NCBI RefSeq assembly: GCF_006345805.1 | Contig: NC_042997.1 | Coordinates: 37,014,001-37,078,000, forward strand | Origin: Octopus sinensis | Lineage: Eukaryota | Length of the DNA: 64,000 nucleotides | Direction of reading: 5' to 3' | The notes under the pieces: model-generated | Database searches by the model: none | Told to the model about the DNA's origin: nothing | The model's input: only the letters and a program-made list of their open reading frames with translations | Translations under genes and position numbers: made by a program | Shown here: in pieces, positions 53,978 through 64,000 of the stretch | How positions within the stretch are numbered: the stretch's first letter is position 1 | Layout: the number at the start of each line of letters is the position of its first letter

Positions 53978-56491
53978 GAATACGGCCGGCTTTTTAAAAC
54001 ATTGGATACGCCGCCACCGAACCCAAGACTGAAGAAGTTTGAGGACGACTTGTGGGACATAGTCAGAAAGATTAAGTTCAGGAAGTCACCCAGGAGAAAT
54101 GCCCACCTCAGATACCTAGATAAAATTACCAAGGACATTAATAGAACGGACGGAGTCCTGGTCCAGTCCGACAAGACCAGGAACACATACAAGATGCCAT
54201 TAAGCAGTACCTAGATTTACTCGGTAAAGAGATCAAGAAAAATTATAGAAAAACCAATTGGAGTACCCTGAGGAAGGTAAACTTGGAAATTAAGGATATA
54301 ATATTTAAACACCGAATTCAAATGAGAACTCAGCCGCTTAGCCCCAAGCAACCCAGATTTATAGTGAAGGACCATAAACCTAACTTCCACACCAACCCAG
54401 CGCTAAGACTCATATGCCCTGCTAGATCTGATATCGGGATAATCAGTAAGTACATTTTAGATAAATATATCCCTAGTTTAGTAAACAAGCTGAAGCTCAG
54501 CCTCTGGGCCAACTCCTCGCAGGTAGTGAAGTGGTTCTCTTCCATCCCCAATAAGAACCGTACTAGGTTCATTCAGTTTGATATCGCCAGCTTCTACCCC
54601 TCGATTAACCCTAGTGTGCTAAATAAGGCCCTCTGGCATGCTCACAACAAGGCAGGCCTCACCAGAGAAGAGATAGATATCATTTTAGTTGCCAGGAAAT
54701 CGTTTATTAAGTTTGATAATAAGTGGGATCCGTAAGGATACTCCCAATGAATTTGATGTGCCTATGGGTAGTTCGGATAGTGCGCAGATAGCCGATTTGG
54801 TCGGAATATATATTCTCTACGAATTGTCCGATCAATTCCCGGAAATCGCGGGCGGCCTGTATCGTGACGATTGTCTGTTTTACCTGCAAAACACCACGAA
54901 CAGAATAGTGCAGAAAACTAAGAGCAGGTTAGCTAGGTTTTTTAATAGAATGGGCATGGTATAGTTTTTGATAACGAACTCACCAAGGCTAATTTCCTAG
55001 ACGTTACACTTAACCTTAATAGCGACTCATACTGCCCTTACCATAAGCCTTCCACAAATTTGAAGTATGTCAGTGTCTTCTCAAATCATGCCAAAACCGT
55101 AACAGACAATTTGGTTAAAAACATCTCTCTAAGATTGTCTGGCCTGTCCGCCAGTGCCGATATTTTTATGCAGAAAGCGGATTTTTATAACGCCGCACTA
55201 TCCAAGGCCGGTTATAGGCAGAAGGTAATATATTGATCCGGCCCTTCCGATGCCATCATTCGGTCATCAGGATAGGGCCGTATATAATAACATTAACATT
55301 TTAAGTAAGGACGGGAGCGCGGCGGGGATACCGGGGTAGTCGCCCCAGCATTTAATTTAGCGAACAAGGATAATTATCGGTCGGGAGGTCTTACACTAAC
55401 CCAAGACCCGTTATTCATCCGAGAATCACCCACCCAAATGCGAGAGCTGGCGTCCCGACCCATCACACTGATAGGAATAAGCATATATGGTTTGTAATCC
55501 CCTTTGGTAAGCAGATTAGAACTAACCTCCCCCTCATGTTTAGACAAGCCATCGCCAATAACTTCCCCAGAAATTCCAAATATTACTCCACGGTTAACTC
55601 ACATAAAGTTAGGATAGCTTTCTCCAACACTAAAAACCTCGCCCAGATAATCGCCTCCCATAATAATAGGCTACTTACTAAGACCCTATCACCTTTTTCC
55701 GGAGGCACAGCCTCTTCCGCTCCGGCTTAATGCTCAGTAGGAATAATTATAGTAGTAATAATGATATGAGAGCCAGTACAGTGACACATAATCTCAGCTC
55801 CAGCCAGGGAGTACCCACTAGGGGTATAGTTATAAATAGGGGTGTTGTGGTTGATGGTAACAATGGGAGTAGGGTAGAGAGCCCCTTTAGCATCCCCAGC
55901 ATCATTTCCCGCAATAGCAGTACCACGGGCAGTAGCAATGACAGCACTCTGATAGATAGTGGAGAATCAGGGGTTATTCCTATAGTTAATAGTGACGTAG
56001 TGGAAAATGGAGTAGTAAGTAAGCGGCTGCTGGTCTCGGAACGAATATAGTGACAGGAACGCAGTTCTAATTTCAGAAACCAATCCTAGCAGAGTAAGAT
56101 TCACGTCGGCGAACTCCAAGATCAAAAACGCCGTCTACCAATGCAAGGTTTACACGGACTCAGATGCCTTCACTTATATAGGGGCATCGTCCTCAAGATG
56201 TCTTTGCGTGTCTCCAACCATTACGCAACTTTTCGGGACGTGAACAAGCGCCAGACCACGGGACTCAGTAAGCTAATATGGCGACTGAAGGATGCGAACT
56301 TAAGCTATAGGCTGGAATGGTCAATTTTGTCGGTGGCCCTCCCATTTGATAGGGGCAGAAAACAGTGCAACCTTTGTGTCTCCGAACTCTTCCATATTTT
56401 GTTTGCCAGAGGCCGGATGGTAAACGGGCTCTTACAGTCGGCTTTTCGATGCCCCCATTGGCGGCGTTACACTTATCTGGCCTTTAAATAG
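53978..56491 (+). pseudogene. 5'-truncated, frameshifted copy of the PLE RT/GIY-YIG ORF
   Basis: Begins at EYGRL (about residue 58 of copy A). ORF fragments start at 54002, 54283, 54689, 55536, 55730 and 56141. Confidence 0.9.
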
Positions 56492-57096
56492 CGTTCATAA
56501 ATAAGACCGGCACCCATAGCCTTGGTAACAATTCTGAAATAGATTTTAAGATATCTACAATTAACCACTGCAAGGGAAATTACTCCTGTAAGACAACGGG
56601 GCTTGTTTTTTCACAGCGGGGGGTTTCCTTGTCAAGGTAGGCTTAGATGAACACACACACACACACATAAAACATAAAATATATATATAATTTCTTTATT
56701 TTTTTTCTTTCTGCCACCCAACGGTTATCACGGCAGTAGCCACTGACAGCCGAACGATCAAACGCACACACGTACACAAAAAATGTTTTCTACCCCTACG
56801 CCAACACACACATATATAGAACAGTATACACACACACACGTCTCTAAGTAGATTTTTTCTCGCCCCTTATAAAACATCCAATATTCTTTAAATAGTCAGA
56901 ACTTTATTCTCGGTCACAAAGAACATCTATACACCCCCACCCACATGTTTGACCGATGCCTGACCTGTTGAATTCTTCAGCCACCGGTTCTCAACATACA
57001 CTGATAAACAGTTTCGCCATGGGCTCTTAGGAGCACAGTTCGATTTGTTTTTTGCTCTGCCTCTGTTCTGTTTTTGTTTTTCCAACGGATTTCCTT

Positions 57097-57186
57097 TTTT
57101 CTTCCTGAAGAGAAAGACACAATATGGTCCCATTATTCAATCGGATTTTGGTAATTTGTGCCTTTCGAAACACGTGTAGAATGAAA
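57097..57186 (+). ncRNA. Type I hammerhead ribozyme of PLE copy B
   Basis: TTTCTTC-CTGAAGA(57105-57111)-GAAAGACACAA..TTGTGCCTTTC-GAAA(57167-57170)-CACGTG-TA-GAATGAAA; predicted cleavage after GUA (57178). Confidence 0.82.
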
Positions 57187-57394
57187 TAAAACGATTTCTG
57201 TTCAATCTGCGTTCAGCTCCATTTCTTCAATTCACCAATAATGTTTTAATTTCAATTATCCGCACCAACGCACGGTTGCAACGCCAGATGGTTGTACCTC
57301 CAACCGTGCTGTTCACTGCTGTGATTTTTGCTACTAAGGTATCGGTAAACTTTGATTAATCCACTACAAGATTATTCATCTTTCTATTTCACAT

Positions 57395-57454
<60 letters not shown>

Positions 57455-58724
57455 TATGCATTGTGCACTTCCTCTGGTTTACACTTTCCCTACGCTTACT
57501 TATTAGCTCTGTATAATTCATTTATACACATTGATAGCATCAAACATTCAGATGCAATTCTCCGCAATGGTTTCATTGCTTTTAGCTTCAGTTGATAGAC
57601 ATATCAATGTCTATACTTAGTATCATTTTTTTTTTCTGCCAAACATCATAGTCTGGCCCATTGTTGACTGCTTGCTGCATTTCCTGATATTTCATTGTGG
57701 CATATATGAATAAATGAGATACAGCCCAATGGTTACTACTTTAAGAGAAAGTATATATTTAAGAATATGGTATATAAATGAGTTAGGCCTTCACTTCACT
57801 GATTTCAGGCATTATTTGGTCCTTATATTTTCATCCTTATCATAACTAATTTTTTATACGAACATCAGGATATTAATATTTGTTTCTAAATATAATACAA
57901 AATAACTTCAAAATATAATACGTACCTCTTCGTCAAAATTTTAAATTCTCTATAACCCCGATATCCAGATATATTTCACCTTCCATATAGATAATAATAG
58001 GAAAATATTTTATTTATTATCACATCGATAATGCCGGAGCATTTCAAAAACTTTTGTTGTATAAATGGTTAACTCGTAGTACATTCCTATTAGTAACGGA
58101 AGAAAATCACGGGGAAGCGCTGATCTATGGTATATCGCCGGTCTGATATTGAATTAAGGTATAAGAAAGGTGGACGTAGATTTTGGCTGGATAGACTAAC
58201 AGAACGCCTACATTAATATTTCACAGTGATTGACCACGCTCGGAGTCAATCAGAAGACTGGTAACTGGCACTTATTTTCTTTTGAAAAAGAGATGAAATC
58301 ATGCAGAAAAAAAAATCATTAGGAAATGCTAAAAGAAAAAAAGAAAACACTGGGTAATATTTTAGGCAGAGTCGACCTACACATCACTGTTTGTTGTTGC
58401 ATTCATCCCTCTGACTAGAATAATTAAAAACCCAGCCCTGCATAATACGTGTTTAAAATGAGTTGCCTAATATACATGGATGACTCTATATTGAAGACAA
58501 CAAATGAAAAACGTGAATTGTTTAATTCAAGTACTAAAGATATTTACCAATGATATCGCTATGCATTTTGGGGTAAATATTTTCCCAATTTTAGTTGGAA
58601 AAGAGGCGGCAAGTAATTTTAATATTTCTATTATTGAAAACAAGTGGATATATTCCACCAAAACTAGGTAAATAGATTCTTCGAACAGGGACAGTCAGTA
58701 GCGACACCTGCTGGGTTTGACTAC

Positions 58725-58767
58725 GCTGCATTGATAAAGGGCAACTACCCTGAAACGCGTCTGCAGC
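58725..58767 (+). ncRNA. Minimal hammerhead ribozyme, U3-A8 core variant
   Basis: GCTGCA-TTGATAA-AGGG-caacta-CCCT-GAAA-CGCG-TC-TGCAGC: perfect 6-bp stem I, 4-bp stem II, palindromic ACGCGT stem III. Confidence 0.75.
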
Positions 58768-58960
58768 TGTCTGACTAGCAGGATGAAACGGCTGACCTTC
58801 CCTGTTCGAAAGTCTATAATGCACGCAGATTGTGTGTCAAATAGCTAGCTTGAGGCGGTGGCCTCTTGGAGCTAATCATCGACAGCTTTAGTCTTATATT
58901 TATAAGATTGCCATATTAGTATCGCGATAACTATTAATATATATATATATATAATATATA

Positions 58961-59001
<41 letters not shown>

Positions 59002-59980
59002 ATAAGATGATACCATTGGATCCCTGAGAAATTATGAGGGATACAAGTACAGGGTTATTCTCTATATGCATATATTCCAGGACAGTCATTTTTAATATGA
59101 TATTTAATATTATTTTATTAACATCATAACGCACTGGGAGGTATCACCTTGACGGCAATTTATGGCAGTTCCTTATCGCATGCGTTATGTCGTCTACATA
59201 AATGAAATATTCCGAATGTTTGTTTACAATCTGGGGCTCCAGAGGATTGACTGACTCCTCTGCTCAGGAGGTACCGACGTAATTGCCTGTTCTGGACTCG
59301 CAAATGTATAGACTTCGAAGTAGGATTTCAGGTGTCAGTCACGAGTTCAAGAAAGGCTACACTTCATGTCGATCTTATTATCATCCACGTGTTTTCAGTA
59401 AAATACCTATGCGTATTTTGCATGTTTTTAGCGCGCTGAGTATTTCCTCTCCAATACATTTTTAAGTATGTTATTCTATATTTGTCTTAGGGTCGGACGG
59501 GTAGCCACCAGGAAGAGAGTTCGTGAAAGGCTCACTGCTGACTTACTGGATACTTTTTTCCTATTTAAGCAGGTAGTCTTGGAGAGATACAATTTCGACA
59601 TTGGGAATATATCTGCTCTAATCTCAAGTCTTTTACCTACATTTTTCTTCTAAGAGACTGACGACAACACTATCTATTCGATGTTTCCTTATTTTGACAT
59701 ATCTATAGTTTGAATTTGCTCTACAGTAAAGCAAATTATCCCAAACAGTAGCATCATCAGTGGTACTGCAAATATATAGTGGAACAAAGCCTTCTTGTAA
59801 AGGAAGAACACTCACTGCCATATTTATTAAAATCTGGTGTAACACATTCTGGTGTAACTTCAGATATTAGTGATTTACTGGTATTTTCAAGCTTCTTAAA
59901 ATGTTTTCAGAATATTTTTACTGAGAGAGATATCAGACATATAGAAATTCGATTTTATATATTGTTTTGTATTCGAAGCA

Positions 59981-60364
59981 AAAGGCCCCCAATTTTTTTT
60001 TGGGGGGGGGGGCAGTCGATTAGATTGACCCTAGTACACAACTGATACTTAATTTATCGACCCCGAAAGGATGAAAGGCAAAGTCGACCTCGGCGGAATT
60101 TGAACTCAGAACGTAAAGACAGAAGAAATACCTATTTCTTTACTACCCACAAGGGGCTAAACACAGAGGGGACAAAGAAGCACAGACAAACGGATTAAGT
60201 CGATTACAGCGATCCCAGTGCGTAACTGGTACTTAATTGTTCGATCCCGAAAGTATGAAAGGCAAAGTCGACCACTGCGGAATTTGAACTCAGAACGTAA
60301 CGGCAAACAAAATACGGCTATGCATTTTGCCCGGCGTGCTAACGTTTCTGCCAGTTCGCCGCCT
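59981..60364 (-). mobile_element. SINE with duplicated body (28562 family)
   Basis: Reverse complement of the head plus two body units. Confidence 0.92.
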
Positions 60365-61252
60365 GGTAGCTTTTATATATTAATTACAAAACAGCTTTGT
60401 AATAATTCTAATCAACCAGCCTTAAAAAAGAAATTAGTATAAATTAGTCGAAGAGAAATTTAAAAAGAAAATTTTGCTCAATATTGAAATAAATACATAA
60501 TGTATGGATAACTCCTTCATATATTTATGTAAAAATTAAGTTCCTGCAATGGGGCTATGCATAATAATGCGTACACTACCGATATGTGTTAAGTAGAAAC
60601 ATGAAATACAGGAAGTGAGACAAGTTTTCTCTTTATACTCGCCATGATATAGAAACATTTGATACTCGGAAACACATAGTCGGCAAGGGTACAAATGTTC
60701 AAGATGAGTGTTTGCATTACCAAAATAAACGTTAAAATTTAAATTTAAAATGAACATCATTAATTACATTTAAAGTAATTTTAGATATGAATATCAGTTA
60801 TTTCGTTCAAAATTATTTTATGCAAAGCAATTAACAGGAGAAAAAGACATAGTAATGTGGTGCAATGACATAATGACATGACTTGCACTTAATTATATGA
60901 ACAGCGAAAACAATTAAATGGAATTTAATATTGTCTTACAGGAATGAGATATTGAATGAATTTCAGGAGTAGATACCTCGCAACTGTAACAACCATTTCT
61001 CTTTCGTGAAAGAAAGAGATTGGCAAGGCGAAATATCAGGTGTGAAGCAATTTAGTGACACGAAAAATATGTGTACGTCCGTGCGTAAGCACGTATGTAT
61101 ATACACGTATATATATATGTATATATATATGTATATATGTATGTATATATATGTGTGTGTGTGTGCGTGCTTGTGTACATACACAATATACATATACATT
61201 ACACTACACACACAAACACACGTATATATATATATATATATAGACACATATC

Positions 61253-61327
<75 letters not shown>

Positions 61328-61688
61328 CTTTAATTTCGTTTTGGGATTTGGTTTGCAAGATTCTTTATGTGAGCTCGTGCGTTGAAGCATATTCTTTTGT
61401 GTCTGGAGAGACTCATATTCTTTAATTTCATTTACAGGAAATGTTTTGAATATGCATGTAAAAGCACTTATTCTATTACGCCAGCTACAGTCTAACGATG
61501 CCAGCTGGTAAAACCAGTTTTGTGGGGGTTGCACCGATCTGCGCTGATATAACATGCGATCATTATAGTAATAACAGTAATAATGCTTGAATGACATTTA
61601 TAAATATTTTAATGAATCACTAAGCACGTTTCCACAAATTACATGTTTGGGGGGATTTTTTAAGATCTGAGTCTGCATTCCTGATGTA

Positions 61689-61790
61689 ATTACACTGCAG
61701 TCCGTAGTATCCATGGACATCGGGTCGAAGAAATCAATGTATGAACATGATCCACCCGATGAAGATGGATACTACGGACTGCACTGTAAT
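61689..61790. other. Isolated GC-rich hairpin (pri-miRNA-like geometry)
   Basis: ATTACA/TGTAAT, a 19-bp perfect TGCAGTCCGTAGTATCCAT/ATGGATACTACGGACTGCA stem, and CATCGGGT/ACCCGATG. Confidence 0.85.
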
Positions 61791-62569
61791 CGTCCCAGGA
61801 ACTCGCACTATGATCTTTAAAAATATGCGATTTATGGAAACGGGCGTAGCGATGCATTGAAATATTTATAAATTCCAACAAAGGATACCTGTTATAACTA
61901 TACTCTTTTGATAAATATATACACATATTCATATAATAAAGATTCATTTTCATGTGACGTTATAAAAACATACATATATACCGGCTGTAACATATTTATT
62001 TTGGGCATAATAAGAATTCTGTTTTGCTTCCTCTTATCAAGCGAAGCCAAACCAATCAGCGTGGAAAGTAACTGTGTAAAATAAAAATATTTTCATCACA
62101 ATAAGTACATAGCAAAAAGTACAGTATTCTTAGTAATATTAAATGAGCAATCCTGAGCTACAAGTTTCTACTATCATGAATCCTCCTCACACGCTTTGAA
62201 AGCGTATGTCTATCAATATAATATCTTGATTGAATTTCCCCTGATATAATATACTGAAACTACTTAGTTTTCCTGGAAATATATCTACAATATTTATGCT
62301 TGTATGAACACCAATATTTAAAATTCATCCAGCAAATTTTGATACAATTCTTCATAGTTTCTTACTTGTTGAATAATAAGAATAACCCATACTTGGGGAA
62401 AGATACATATTTATTAATAAATTCTATGAAAATCGAAAATCTGGAGTGTATTCTATTTTTGGACTATCGATGACACCCTTTTCATGTTTTGCACCTGATT
62501 TGTAAAATTTTGTCAACAAATGTATGTGAGCTGATGCCAGTGTTTTGTAATATTTTCATCAAGTTGCAT

Positions 62570-62627
62570 CATCTATGCCGGTTTCATATGGAATGACAAT
62601 ATTGATTTACCATCTTCATCAGAGACG
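62570..62627 (-). ncRNA. Decayed hammerhead motif
   Basis: Minus strand reads CGTCT-CTGATGA-AGATGG..CCATAT-GAAA-CCGG-CAT-AGATG; the cleavage triplet is mutated. Confidence 0.45.
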
Positions 62628-62966
62628 GGGAAACGGTATAATTCGTGAATTCACTTTACTGCAGAAATATTAAGTTAATCATAGTATTAAGTTCATTATA
62701 GTATTAAGGTCACCAGTATTAAGTTCATCATATGCTGCATGTTGAAATATATAAAATAAAATAACGCTCAAAACAATTTTTGCAATATCTTTTTTAATAT
62801 TGTCATATATAGAATTACTATGATAGAAAAGAGATGTGAATACCAGTTGCTATTCGCATTAAAGTAAATTTCAAGCGATTAGTTAGGATTTATTTATAAA
62901 TCCTATAGTATTCTTGACGATAATACAGTATTCCTGTTTCCCGAGACAGTATATAATTTCAGTATA

Positions 62967-63305
62967 AAAGGGGTAAAGACCCCCTTCGGTCATGAATGAT
63001 TGCACCTAGAAAGTTACCCTCCTAGACACAAGTCCGGGCAAGGTTGTTTATGGAAGACCAGCAGTCGCCCCATGCATACCAGCCTTCCCTCTCCCAGCCA
63101 CCAGTGTTATCCAAGGGAAAAAACAAAGGTCGATACAGCTTGGCACCAGTGACGTCGCAACTCATTTCTACAGCTGAGTGAACTGGAGCAACGTGAAATA
63201 AAGTTCCTTGCTCAAGAACACAACACGCAGCCCGGTCCGGGATTCAAGCTCACAACCTTACGATCGTAAGCTCGACGCTCTAACCACTGAGCCATGCGCC
63301 TTCAC
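62967..63305 (-). mobile_element. tRNA-derived SINE (third family) with 12-bp TSD
   Basis: Head GGCGCATGGCTCAGTGGTTAGAGCG..GCTTGAATCCC and CORE-like GTGTTCTTGAGCAAGG. TSD AATTTCAGTATA at 62955-62966 and 63306-63317. Confidence 0.92.
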
Positions 63306-64000
63306 AATTTCAGTATAGAAGTTCTATATTTTATATCAAGTGTGAAATAATGTTTTCAAACGATAACCTGTTGACGTTTGTTCCAGTTTAAGACAATTTA
63401 TCCAGACGCTTCAAGTTCGGATGCTCGATTTGGCACACAGGATTGTCGTAAAAATATTGTAGAGCACTTTCATAGACGTACCACAAAATTTATAATGCAA
63501 AAGTTAGTTTGTGGGCTCTATCAAATTTGTAGCTACACCGAGATACAGCTTAACCCTTTTTCATTATTTTCTATTATCGTAGGAGTTCGTTATACATTTA
63601 CCATAATTATCAGTAACCCAACATTTATTTTGATTCCCAAGATTCCCTTTAAAATAAATAAAGTGTACTTGCATTTGTCTGTAATAAGTTTTCTTTGCTT
63701 AAAGATAAAGATATCTTGACGCATAGAATCGATTAAGAAACTTCTTCGTGTTAAGTTACATGAAAAGGTCGCTTACCATTAGATAATTCACATCTATTTG
63801 CTAAAGGCGATACGATTACGGTAAAATAATTTCATGGCAAAACATATAGGAGAATAGGTTGGTGGATAGCAACACACAACAAATTATTCTGTATCTGCCT
63901 AGACTTCTAAGTAATTGTGGTAAATGTGGATACCTAGTTTTGTTTTACAAACACTGCAGCAACAATTATTATTCTCTGTTCTCGACACGAAGCCCGAAAT

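Larger units (their letters stand above)
53977..57394 (+). mobile_element. Penelope-like retroelement, copy B (5'-truncated, with 150-nt longer 3' tail, ending in (TA)n)
   Basis: 53977-57245 is the near-identical reverse complement of 50404-53673. Confidence 0.95.

Noticed and set aside
51528-54572. Antisense ORFs over the PLE (e.g. 51528-51902, 53449-53859, 53890-54192)
   Set aside because: Shadows of the RT/EN frame; their duplication simply reflects the inverted repeat.
59200-59900. HRIDSVVVS as a LINE endonuclease remnant
   Set aside because: A single weak motif without supporting neighbours.

Overview
AT-rich, microsatellite-dense eukaryotic intergenic or intronic DNA. The SINE families and repeat style suggest an octopus genome (inference). 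No confidently identifiable host gene is present, and almost all ORFs in the supplied track are microsatellite artefacts. The dominant feature is a young Penelope-like retroelement (PLE; RT with YRDD plus C-terminal GIY-YIG endonuclease, probably Hydra clade) at 50404-57394. It occurs as two near-identical head-to-head copies inserted in (TA)n, each carrying a hammerhead ribozyme (HHR). Around it lie about ten small HHR motifs from at least four sequence families and several fold-back elements inserted in microsatellites. The best candidate for a new system is a tRNA-headed, hammerhead-carrying SINE-like element with the same inverted architecture as the PLE (45014-45578), possibly a Pol III-driven non-autonomous partner of Penelope elements. 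Also present are a decayed RTE LINE, a CR1 3' end, a mariner fragment, a composite Helitron, many tRNA-derived SINEs and a pri-miRNA-like hairpin. All folds and alignments were done by eye, and family names come from recalled motifs, not database searches.
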